Source: Candidatus Saccharimonadota bacterium
Lineage (GTDB): Bacteria > Pseudomonadota > Alphaproteobacteria > Rickettsiales > Anaplasmataceae
Assembly: GCF_025021925.1 (NCBI RefSeq)
Contig: NZ_CP092368.1
Location: forward strand, 450,001 to 482,000
Reading direction: 5' to 3'
Length of the DNA stretch: 32,000 nucleotides
Part shown: in pieces, positions 10,641-19,156 of the stretch
Layout: every line of letters begins with the position of its first letter
Numbering within the stretch: position 1 is the stretch's first letter
Program-made: the position numbers and the translations under genes
The notes under the pieces: generated by a model
The model's input: the letters and a program-made list of their open reading frames with translations, nothing else
Databases searched by the model: none
Told to the model about the DNA's origin: nothing

Positions 10641-11384
10641 CTAGTGTGTATAATCTGAAATTATAGTAAAAATACCTTGACCTTGAACAATATTCAAGAT
10701 TTTTTCTCTCTTTAAAGAAAAAACTACTATTGGAATAGAATTATCACGTGCTAGAGATATCGCAGATGCATCCATCACTTTTAAATCTCGAGTTAATAAA
10801 TCAGTATAATGTAGTTTATCATACATAATCGCATGCTGGTTTTTTTCTGGATCAGAAGAATATACACCATTCACTTGTGTACCTTTGAGTATAACATCAC
10901 AGTTCATTTCAACAGCACGTAACGCTGCAGCTGTATCAGTCGTAAAAAATGGATTTCCTGTACCTGCTGCAAAGATCACTATCCTATCTTTTTCTAAGTG
11001 ACGTATAGCTTTTTTTCTGATATAAGATTCACAGATTGTATTCATTGGGATAGCAGATAATACTCTTGCAGAAACTAATTTAACATCTAAGATGTTTTGT
11101 AGCATTAATGAATTTATGATAGTGCCAAGCATACCAATGTAGTGGCTACTTGCTTTTTCACATCCACTTAAAGATGCGGATTCACCACGAAAGATATTTC
11201 CACCTCCTACTACAATGCATATTTGCACTCCTTCTCTATATACATCCACTATATCTTGACATAACTGATTTATGAGTTCCATATCATAACCAAAAGGCTG
11301 CGACCCCATCAAAGCTTCACCAGATATCTTATACAATATCCTGGGATATTTTATCTTACTGCTCGTAGTGATTGAAGTATACAT
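10641..11384 (-). CDS. pyrH: UMP kinase
   Basis: 247 aa with motifs KISGEAL, VVGGGNIFRG and GTGNPFFTTDTAAALRA. It lies in tsf-pyrH-frr synteny. Confidence 0.95.
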   Translation of the reverse strand: MYTSITTSSKIKYPRILYKISGEALMGSQPFGYDMELINQLCQDIVDVYREGVQICIVVGGGNIFRGESASLSGCEKASSHYIGMLGTIINSLMLQNILDVKLVSARVLSAIPMNTICESYIRKKAIRHLEKDRIVIFAAGTGNPFFTTDTAAALRAVEMNCDVILKGTQVNGVYSSDPEKNQHAIMYDKLHYTDLLTRDLKVMDASAISLARDNSIPIVVFSLKREKILNIVQGQGIFTIISDYTH

Positions 11385-11400
11385 TTTACTTGTATTTAAT

Positions 11401-12261
11401 TCACAATCCTAATATCATTAATTTATAATCGTGTAATATAATAGGTCCTAACTCACTATTTGCTATCAAATCAGCAATCTTAACATTCTCATCTTTTATA
11501 AATTTCTGCTCTAGTAATACGACTTCTTCAAAATACTTTGCTATCCGTCCATTGACTATTTTTTTGATTACATCTTTAGGTTTATTTAAATGTTTTACTT
11601 GTGAAGTAATGATAGAACGTTCTTTTTCTAGTGTTATGAGATCTATATCATTTATGCATAACACTTCAGGTTTCATAGCAACAATATGCATTGCTATTTC
11701 TTTTCCAATCTGTTTCAATTTATCAAGCTGTTGAGATGTGGTTTGCAATGCAACTAAAGATCCAGTTTTACCCAAATTATATGTATCACCGTGTACGTAT
11801 CCAGAGATAATACCAGTATTGTGGATAGATAAATACTGCAACTTACTCAATTCTAGTTTTTCACCAAGTACTAATGCCATATTCATTACAGCTTCTTGTA
11901 CCATATTGATACTATCATATCTCATAGTGTTTAATTCATCAAGACTTGTACATTTTGTGTGACATGCTATTGATGCTATATTTGCAATTAAGTCTATAAA
12001 TTTTTCATTTCTTGCAACGAAATCAGTTTCGCAATTTAATTCAACTAATACTCCGTATCCTTCATTTATATGTATTGCAATTAATCCATCTGAAGTAATT
12101 CTATTGGATATTTTATTAGCTTTAGTAAGTCCTATGATACGTAATTTATTATAAGCTTCCTCTAGATTGCCACCACATTCTTTGAGCATCTGAGAACATG
12201 TACTTAATCCAAGACCTGTTCTTTCACGTAATACTCTAATATTATTTAGATTCAAAGTCAC
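11401..12261 (-). CDS. tsf: Translation elongation factor Ts
   Basis: 286 aa. The N-terminal UBA-like block [34 protein letters not shown] is diagnostic of EF-Ts. The start codon as called is GTG (12261..12259) and overlaps the rpsB 3' end by 20 nt. Confidence 0.92.
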   Translation of the reverse strand: MTLNLNNIRVLRERTGLGLSTCSQMLKECGGNLEEAYNKLRIIGLTKANKISNRITSDGLIAIHINEGYGVLVELNCETDFVARNEKFIDLIANIASIACHTKCTSLDELNTMRYDSINMVQEAVMNMALVLGEKLELSKLQYLSIHNTGIISGYVHGDTYNLGKTGSLVALQTTSQQLDKLKQIGKEIAMHIVAMKPEVLCINDIDLITLEKERSIITSQVKHLNKPKDVIKKIVNGRIAKYFEEVVLLEQKFIKDENVKIADLIANSELGPIILHDYKLMILGL

Positions 12262-13117
12262 TTTTTACTACCTCTTCTTTTGAATTATATTCGTGTGTAT
12301 AAATTCTAGTACGCTTTCTTTTAGTTTGTATTATAGCATCTTCTTTATCATTAGAATATTCTTCATCTATATCTACTTTTTTATCAGTAAGATTATTACT
12401 TCCAGATGATGATTTTATCAAACTAGATTCAATGCCCGCTAATATAAAATCAGCAGCTAACTTACAATATAGTTCTATTGATTTTCTTGCATCATCATTA
12501 CCTGGAATCGGGTACAAAATATCATCTGGATCAGAATTAGAATCCAATATTGCAGCAATTGGTAATCCTAATTTTTTAGCTTCTTTTACTGCAATATGTT
12601 CTTTATTAGTATCAATAATAAATAAAATATCTGGAATAGCGCCCATTTCTCTAATGCCACCCAATGATTTCTCAAGTTTTTGTGTTTTTTTTTCAAGATT
12701 GCCTAATTCTTTCTTGGTTAAAAAACTATTTTCATCATTCAGTATTTTTTCATATTGTATTAAGGTCTTAATAGAAGATGAAACAGTGCCCCAATTAGTC
12801 AGCATACCTCCTAACCATCTATAATTCACATAATATTGACCGCAACGTATGGCTTCACTTGCAATAATATCTAAAGCTTGAAACTTTGTACCTACAAATA
12901 AAATACGTCCTCCTTGTAATGCAACTTCATACAATGCATTCATAGCAATATGTAATAATGATAATGTTTTATTCAAATCAATGATATGTATACGATTTTC
13001 TTGATGTATTCCATATATGTATGGAGCCATTTTTGCATTCCAACGACTAGTCTTATGACCAAAATGTACACCAGATCCAGCCAAATCACGCACAGTAATT
13101 TCAGGTATAGTTACCAT
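12242..13117 (-). CDS. rpsB: 30S ribosomal protein S2 with a ~50-aa charged C-terminal extension
   Basis: 291 aa with motifs [22 protein letters not shown] and [14 protein letters not shown] Shine-Dalgarno-like element lies about 8 nt upstream of the ATG at 13117. Confidence 0.95.
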   Translation of the reverse strand: MVTIPEITVRDLAGSGVHFGHKTSRWNAKMAPYIYGIHQENRIHIIDLNKTLSLLHIAMNALYEVALQGGRILFVGTKFQALDIIASEAIRCGQYYVNYRWLGGMLTNWGTVSSSIKTLIQYEKILNDENSFLTKKELGNLEKKTQKLEKSLGGIREMGAIPDILFIIDTNKEHIAVKEAKKLGLPIAAILDSNSDPDDILYPIPGNDDARKSIELYCKLAADFILAGIESSLIKSSSGSNNLTDKKVDIDEEYSNDKEDAIIQTKRKRTRIYTHEYNSKEEVVKSDFESK

Positions 13118-13244
13118 ATTTTTTCTCCAAATAGTTTGTATTTTTGAGCATCCACTCTATAGATTATTTACATACGCCATATATTTATAATGTAGTCACT
13201 ATGTATAGTAATAAAAAAGATCATTAAGTACAAATAAAAATTTA

Positions 13245-13273
13245 TTGACATAGTATAACATATTTACTAGTGT
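13245..13273 (+). promoter_or_regulatory. Candidate sigma70-type promoter for tRNA-Asp (TTGACA-N17-TAGTGT)
   Basis: A perfect -35 TTGACA lies at 13245-13250, followed by a 17-nt spacer and a TAnnnT -10 at 13268-13273. The -10 ends 25 nt before the mature tRNA 5' end. Confidence 0.3.
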
Positions 13274-13298
13274 GAAAGTGAGGAAGATTTTACAATTT

Positions 13299-13375
13299 GG
13301 GGGTGTAGCTCAGATGGTTAGAGCGCATGCCTGTCACGCATGAGGTCGTGAGTTCAATTCTCATCACTCCCGCCA
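13299..13375 (+). tRNA. tRNA-Asp (anticodon GUC), CCA encoded
   Basis: Manual cloverleaf: acceptor GGGGGTG/CACTCCC, D arm GCTC..GAGC, anticodon stem CATGC/GCATG with loop CTGTCAC, T arm GTGAG-TTCAATT-CTCAT, discriminator G, then CCA. Length 77 nt. Confidence 0.9.
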
Positions 13376-13522
13376 GCATACAATATATGATATTTTTTTC
13401 TGATATCACTAATTATTAAATGTAAAAACTCATTTTAACAAGTCTATAGATACATAAAACATCTATAACTATGATAGATAGAGTAGACTCAATATAACTT
13501 ATGGTCCTTATAGATATTTATC

Positions 13523-16060
13523 ATGCAGGATAAAACCTTTACAATTATTGATGGATATGGTTTCCTCTTTAGAGCATATTATGCACTACCTCGCTTCGTT
13601 AATCAACATGACATACCAATAGGTGGTGTATATGGTTTTCTTAATATGCTATTAAAATATATTAATGAATCAGATTATCTAGTGATAGCGCTTGATTCTG
13701 GAAAAAAAAATTTCAGACATAATTTGTTTCCTGCTTACAAAGCTAATAGATCTACTATACCGGACGCACTGATTCCACAATTTACTCTGCTAAGAGAAGC
13801 AGTGCATGCTTTTGATATAAAATATGAAGAAATGGAAGGATATGAAGCAGATGATATCATTGCTACACTAGCGCTTCATTTCTCTAAACAAGATTATTTG
13901 AAAGTAATAGTAGTATCATCAGATAAAGATTTATTTCAGCTTTTAAAGGATAATATTTTAATTTTTGATCCGATCAAAAATATGTTTATAGACGAAAATA
14001 TATTGATGAATAAATTTGGTGTGATGTCAAATAAGCTACTTGATTTATTTGCTATGGCTGGAGATGCAGCAGATAATATCTTAGGTATACCTGGTATAGG
14101 CATTAAAACTGCTAATAAATTATTAAATGAATTTGGTTCATTAAACGAGATTATCAATAATATTCATAATATTAAGCAGACTAGAATACGTGATATTTTC
14201 AAGCAACATAAAGAACAGGCAATTATTGCAAGAGCATTATTATCACTGAATGATCAAGTGAAATTTCAACATGATATTCAAAATTATAGAATTAATATTA
14301 CAAATATAGAAAAAATAGTATCTTTTTTAAAGAAGCATTCACTTCACTCTTTAATAAAAAAAGTACAGAAACTATTACCTAAAACTCAGCTCATTGAACA
14401 CAAGATATCATATTATGATTCCCAAGAATTAGAAAAGTTTCTAGCACATTGTAGATATGAAGGTAAAATTGCAATCTACTATAATGATCAATATAAAATC
14501 TTCAATCTTTCTTATAATGAAGAGAATATTTTACATATAGAGCAAAATCAGATCTATCAGACATTGGATGCTATTAATACAATATTACTATCAAGTGAAG
14601 TAATGAAAATTATATATAATATTAAGGAATTAAGTATTATCATTCCTACAATAGAACAAACTATGTGTTCCTCGATCGAGGATATCATGATCATGTCATA
14701 CAGTCTTGATACAGGTTTACATGATCATAGTATATCAAATATAATAGCACATAATTTTGATACAAAAATCTCATTATATTCTTCAAAGACTTTAATAACA
14801 ATTTATAAAAAACTCATTCAAAGATTATTTCAGGAAAAATTGTTCTCAATTTATGAGTGTTGTGATAAGCCTCTCATTAGAGTAATACTCAGTATGGAAC
14901 GAATTGGAATTTGTCTAGATGCAAAAAAAATAAGCAAATTATCTGAGAAATTATCAAACACTCTAGTTGTATTACAAAATGAAATATATGCCTTAGCAGG
15001 TCAGGAGTTTAATATTGCTTCTCCAAAACAGTTAAGTGATATCTTATTGAACAAGATGCAGATTTACAAAAGACGTCATCTCAAGATATCCAATTTTTAT
15101 AGTACAAACTCTCACATTCTACAACAATTGGTCATAGATGGAGAAGAAATCGCTAGTAAAATTCTTAATTGGCGTCATTACAACAAGATACGGAGTACAT
15201 ATACTGATTCATTGATTAATTTGATTAATCCGACTGATGGTAGAATACATACAACCTTTTCAACAACTATAACAGGAAGAATTAGTTCTCTAAATCCTAA
15301 CTTACAGAATATTCCTATAAGAAGTCAAGAAGGCATGCTGATTAGGGAATCATTTATTGCTAACACAGGATATCAAATCATTTCTGCAGACTATTCTCAA
15401 ATAGAATTAAGAATATTGGCACATATTGCAGATATTAAATTATTTAAAGATGCTTTTACACATGAGCAAGATATTCACAATATTACTGCAAGGCAAGTGT
15501 TCGCTATACCACAAGATATAAAAGTCGATAATATCACAAGAAATAAAGCAAAATCTATTAATTTTGGTATTATCTATGGTATCAACTCTTTTGGTTTATC
15601 GCAGAAATTACAGATTACTGTTCAAGAAGCTTCTAAATATATTAATGACTTTTTTGAATGTTATCCAGAAATTAAGTTATATGTAGAACAAGTTATTTCT
15701 TTTGCAAGAAGACATGGTTATGTAGAAACATTATTTGGAAGAAAATGTTTTATCAAAGAAATCAATAATACTAGACTTGATCGTAGAAAATATGCAGAAA
15801 GATTAGCAATAAATGCATCAATACAAGGTACAGCTTCTGATATCATAAAACGTGCAATGATTCAACTCTTTGATCTTTTACAAGAAGGGAGTGATATCAT
15901 CTTACAAATTCATGATGAACTATTGTTTGAAGTAGAGAATGAGAGAGTGAGGGAAACAGTACAGTTGATAAAAGCAGTTATGGAGAATACAACCGAAATA
16001 TCTGTACCACTAAAAGTGAAAGTGCAAGTTGGTAGCACTTGGAATTTTCAGTCCAATTAA
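13523..16060 (+). CDS. polA: DNA polymerase I (5' nuclease, degenerate 3'-5' exonuclease-like linker, polymerase domain)
   Basis: 845 aa. The 5'-nuclease N-terminus carries IIDGYGFLFRAYYALP. Polymerase motif A is DYSQIELRILAH, motif B is RNKAKSINFGIIYG and motif C is QIHDELLFE. Confidence 0.95.
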   Translation: MQDKTFTIIDGYGFLFRAYYALPRFVNQHDIPIGGVYGFLNMLLKYINESDYLVIALDSGKKNFRHNLFPAYKANRSTIPDALIPQFTLLREAVHAFDIKYEEMEGYEADDIIATLALHFSKQDYLKVIVVSSDKDLFQLLKDNILIFDPIKNMFIDENILMNKFGVMSNKLLDLFAMAGDAADNILGIPGIGIKTANKLLNEFGSLNEIINNIHNIKQTRIRDIFKQHKEQAIIARALLSLNDQVKFQHDIQNYRINITNIEKIVSFLKKHSLHSLIKKVQKLLPKTQLIEHKISYYDSQELEKFLAHCRYEGKIAIYYNDQYKIFNLSYNEENILHIEQNQIYQTLDAINTILLSSEVMKIIYNIKELSIIIPTIEQTMCSSIEDIMIMSYSLDTGLHDHSISNIIAHNFDTKISLYSSKTLITIYKKLIQRLFQEKLFSIYECCDKPLIRVILSMERIGICLDAKKISKLSEKLSNTLVVLQNEIYALAGQEFNIASPKQLSDILLNKMQIYKRRHLKISNFYSTNSHILQQLVIDGEEIASKILNWRHYNKIRSTYTDSLINLINPTDGRIHTTFSTTITGRISSLNPNLQNIPIRSQEGMLIRESFIANTGYQIISADYSQIELRILAHIADIKLFKDAFTHEQDIHNITARQVFAIPQDIKVDNITRNKAKSINFGIIYGINSFGLSQKLQITVQEASKYINDFFECYPEIKLYVEQVISFARRHGYVETLFGRKCFIKEINNTRLDRRKYAERLAINASIQGTASDIIKRAMIQLFDLLQEGSDIILQIHDELLFEVENERVRETVQLIKAVMENTTEISVPLKVKVQVGSTWNFQSN

Positions 16061-16107
16061 AAATACTATATTTCCTCATTTTTATGATATAACATTTTAT
16101 TCAACAT

Positions 16108-16713
16108 TTAATGTATATATTTTTTTATTTCATCTACAATTCTATCAGATAGTACATCATCTGATGAAGAATCAATTGTAAAATGAGTAATATATTGTCC
16201 CTTAGGACCCATTAAGTATATTATTGAAGAGTGATTGATTTCTTGTTGTATTTCAATTGGATTACTCACAAACACTTTATAATTTGTAATAATTGTATCT
16301 ATTTCGTCTCTTGTACCAGTTAACATTTGTATTCTATGATCAAACTGCTGTTGAAACTCTGTTAATTTTGCAATAGTATCTCGTTCAGGATCTACAGTGA
16401 TAAAAAAAGTTTGTAACTGATTGTTGATATTGCTTTCTAGTTTTGATAATACCTCTGAAATTATTCCTAAATTCATAGGACAAATTTTTGAACATGATGA
16501 AAATCCAAAATATAACATAATATATTTATCTATAAAATCTCTACTGCGAATAATTTGTCCATCTTGATTAATTAAGGAAAACTCTCCTCCTATCTTTACT
16601 TCTGAAGTTTTTTCTTCTATAAAAAATATACCTTGTTTAGTAAGATAACAATATCCTAGAAAAGTAATAGCTAGTGTAATTAAAATACCCGATAATAATC
16701 TTATAATTCTCAT
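16108..16713 (-). CDS. SCO1/SenC-family copper chaperone for cytochrome c oxidase assembly
   Basis: 201 aa with an N-terminal membrane anchor, a thioredoxin-like fold with the CxxxCP motif (CSKICP), and a downstream conserved His (INHSSIIYLMGPKG). Confidence 0.85.
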   Translation of the reverse strand: MRIIRLLSGILITLAITFLGYCYLTKQGIFFIEEKTSEVKIGGEFSLINQDGQIIRSRDFIDKYIMLYFGFSSCSKICPMNLGIISEVLSKLESNINNQLQTFFITVDPERDTIAKLTEFQQQFDHRIQMLTGTRDEIDTIITNYKVFVSNPIEIQQEINHSSIIYLMGPKGQYITHFTIDSSSDDVLSDRIVDEIKKYIH

Positions 16714-16770
16714 TATTCTATTTAGTCCTCTCTCATTAAATAATATTTTTATTAATCAATCCGTGCAATA

Positions 16771-17469
16771 TTAATACTGCCATATTGGATTCTTTATTTC
16801 ATCCAGCAATTTTTTATGTGCAATTATTTCATCATGACTTGGAGTATATGATCTATAAGTAATATTATGATGTACTTTATATTCTGATGATACTGTATCA
16901 TCAGAATATTCATCATTATTATTGGTATTATCAAACAATAGAGTTTGCAGGCCTCCAGTAAGTTCCACATATACTCTTGCAAGTAACTGCGCATCAATGA
17001 GAGCTCCATGTAATTCTCTATTTGCTAATGATATATTAAAACGTTTACATAGCGCATCTAACGATGCAGATGCACCTATCACTTTTTGTCTTGCAAGTAA
17101 TAATGTATCTAATATTCTTTCTGAGGAAATCAGTGTAGCACGAATCTTTCCTAATTCCATGTTCAGAAACTTAAGATCGAACTCAGCATTATGTATTATT
17201 AAAATATCATCAGATATAAAATCCAAAAATTCATTTTTAATTTCTAGAAATAAAGGCTTATCTTGCAAAAATTTTTCACTAATTCCATGAATCTTAAATG
17301 AATGGTAAGGGACATCTCTTTGCGGATTAAGGTATTTATGAAATATTTTACCTGTTGGTATGCGATTTATTAATTCTATGCATCCTATTTCAATCACCCT
17401 ATGACCAGAATCAGGATTTAATCCTGTTGTTTCAGTATCAAGTACTACTTCACGTCTTTTATCTCTCAT
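16771..17469 (-). CDS. dnaQ: DNA polymerase III epsilon subunit (3'-5' proofreading exonuclease)
   Basis: 232 aa. All three DEDDh motifs are present: ExoI VVLDTETTGL, ExoII HNAEFDLKFL, ExoIII HGALIDAQLLARVY. Confidence 0.92.
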   Translation of the reverse strand: MRDKRREVVLDTETTGLNPDSGHRVIEIGCIELINRIPTGKIFHKYLNPQRDVPYHSFKIHGISEKFLQDKPLFLEIKNEFLDFISDDILIIHNAEFDLKFLNMELGKIRATLISSERILDTLLLARQKVIGASASLDALCKRFNISLANRELHGALIDAQLLARVYVELTGGLQTLLFDNTNNNDEYSDDTVSSEYKVHHNITYRSYTPSHDEIIAHKKLLDEIKNPIWQY

Positions 17470-17475
17470 AGCTAA

Positions 17476-18141
17476 TTATTTTATGATAGCAAGTTTATGA
17501 GCCTGCGATTCATTATCATCATGAAATTTTTGATAATTAATAGATACTAATAACCAATTTGATTCCAGTAAACTAATATTTTTTTTAAATTGCCATTTAT
17601 CTTCAATTCTATTTATCACAGATGTACTGCCAGAGACAATATCACCTTTGTGATTTTTTGCAAAATTAATTTGTTCCGAAATAAAATTTACCGTAATAAA
17701 TAAAACATTTTGTATTAATTGCATCTCAATAATTTTTTGTGAAATAATTGCAACAATTGTTGTATTATATACATATGTACGACATTTTATCATCTCTGTA
17801 AAATTATTATATAAATCTTGATCTACTAGCGACTGAAGTTGTTGTACATTACCTTGAGTAAAATACTTGATAATTAATTCAAAAGCTATAGCTGCACCTT
17901 CTATAAAATTTTTGATAGAGAAATCTTTCTGATGTTGTAATATCTCTTTATAGATTAATTTCATTGAGTTGATATTATGACTATCGATATAATCATCAAT
18001 ATTTTCTACATTTCTTTCCATATTGTCATCATGTGCAATAGTGAGTGCATGTAAGTGGAAATAAGTAGATTGACCTAAAGAGTGAAATAAACGTGAAAAA
18101 ATAAAAGCTGCTACTAAAGCATATATTATAAGTTCTATCAT
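17476..18141 (-). CDS. Tim44-like domain membrane protein (alphaproteobacterial homologue, function unknown)
   Basis: 221 aa with an N-terminal TM helix (MIELIIYALVAAFIFSRLF) and a C-terminal ~150-aa domain with the size and pattern of Tim44-like proteins. It is divergently adjacent to secB, a synteny I recall as conserved in alphaproteobacteria. The call rests on pattern and synteny only. Confidence 0.55.
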   Translation of the reverse strand: MIELIIYALVAAFIFSRLFHSLGQSTYFHLHALTIAHDDNMERNVENIDDYIDSHNINSMKLIYKEILQHQKDFSIKNFIEGAAIAFELIIKYFTQGNVQQLQSLVDQDLYNNFTEMIKCRTYVYNTTIVAIISQKIIEMQLIQNVLFITVNFISEQINFAKNHKGDIVSGSTSVINRIEDKWQFKKNISLLESNWLLVSINYQKFHDDNESQAHKLAIIK

Positions 18142-18248
18142 AAGTCACTAACTCCACTGAGTCATTTGGATTTGCTATCCAAATTTAATATAGATATATT
18201 ATATAATAATCTATTCGATATTTCAACTTAATTGCAGGAAAAGTAAAT

Positions 18249-18719
18249 ATGTTCAAAAGAAAAATGAGAATTCATGCTCAATATATTAAAGATTTATCAT
18301 TTGAAAATCTTAGTTTATTCGCTCTACCTTCAAGTAGAGCACCAGATGTGAATATTACGGTTAATATTAATTCAATGAAATTAGCACGTACTACAGGTCA
18401 GAAAATCACAAATGCAGATACAGACTCTTTACACGAAATTACTTTACATGTAGACATCAAGGGCACACTTCAGGAAGAAAAGATTAAACAAGATGATCTT
18501 GTCTTCATTTGTGAAATAAAGTACTGTGGAATTATTTCAATCGAAAATTTTTCAGAATTAAATGAACAGGAAGCAAAAAAGGTATTATTGATCAGCGGAC
18601 CCACTCTTCTTTTTCCCTTTATGCGCGAAATCATTGCAAGAATAACAAGTAGTGGTGGTTTTCCTGCACTCATGTTAGATCCTATAGACTTTGCAACTTT
18701 ATATGAACAACATAGTTAA
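18249..18719 (+). CDS. secB: Protein-export chaperone SecB
   Basis: 156 aa. The N-terminal RIHAQYIKDLSFEN block and the later LLFPFMREIIARITSSGGFPALMLDPIDF are typical SecB motifs. Confidence 0.9.
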   Translation: MFKRKMRIHAQYIKDLSFENLSLFALPSSRAPDVNITVNINSMKLARTTGQKITNADTDSLHEITLHVDIKGTLQEEKIKQDDLVFICEIKYCGIISIENFSELNEQEAKKVLLISGPTLLFPFMREIIARITSSGGFPALMLDPIDFATLYEQHS

Positions 18720-19156
18720 AGATTTAAAGAATTTTTAGAATAAATTTAACGTATTCTTCGTATATTGAATCTTGATGATTGCACATATATATAAAAAAGT
18801 TTTTAGTCAAATCTAGTATCTGAATATTAATATATTTTAATCAATGCTCTAGTATTTATGTATCTGAAGCTCATTATCTGACAATATTTTTGACCTTATG
18901 CAATATAAGGATTGATAGCATAATATGCAATAAATTAGCACTTGCGATCTAAATGAATAATGAATAATTTACATTAGAAAGATTATTCAAAAAGAAATAC
19001 AGTAATCACATTACTTGCATATAAGTTATACGAAGTAAGTAATGTTTATTTGCTGTAATGATTGTATACTATATTGTACATAAATAATAATTGCTCTACT
19101 GATAGTTATGATATAATTTTATAACATTAATTTCAGGTGTGTTGTAGATACTATAT

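Noticed and set aside
12432-12824. Long antisense ORFs inside real genes. Examples are 12432-12824 (130 aa, antisense to rpsB), 24334-24726 (antisense to nuoF), 28697-29110 (antisense to gyrA), 29437-29820 (antisense to petA), 16922-17290 (antisense to dnaQ) and 6916-7260 (antisense to clpB), plus the shorter ones inside the GDH gene.
   Set aside because: All lie fully opposite strongly supported genes. Their translations are low-complexity and Cys/Ser/Ile/Phe-rich with no recognisable motifs, and they lack Shine-Dalgarno-like sequences. This is typical shadow-frame behaviour.
13376-13400. Small hairpin (CATA-CAATA-TATG) plus T7 run after tRNA-Asp as a terminator
   Set aside because: A 4-bp all-weak stem is too unstable to support a terminator call, and the T-run alone is common in this DNA.
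13443-13516. Recurrent TATAGAT(A) and ATAACT(T)ATG modules upstream of polA
   Set aside because: These are short A/T-only words in A/T-rich DNA found by post-hoc selection. Their spacing is irregular, so they are not distinguishable from chance without comparative data.
18894-18932. 9-mer direct repeat TATGCAATA (18897 and 18924) and a 6-bp hairpin CCTTAT-GCAAT-ATAAGG in the 437-bp region upstream of putA
   Set aside because: My rough estimate is that about one 9-mer repeat is expected by chance in 437 bp of this composition. No further symmetry or spacing supports a binding site.
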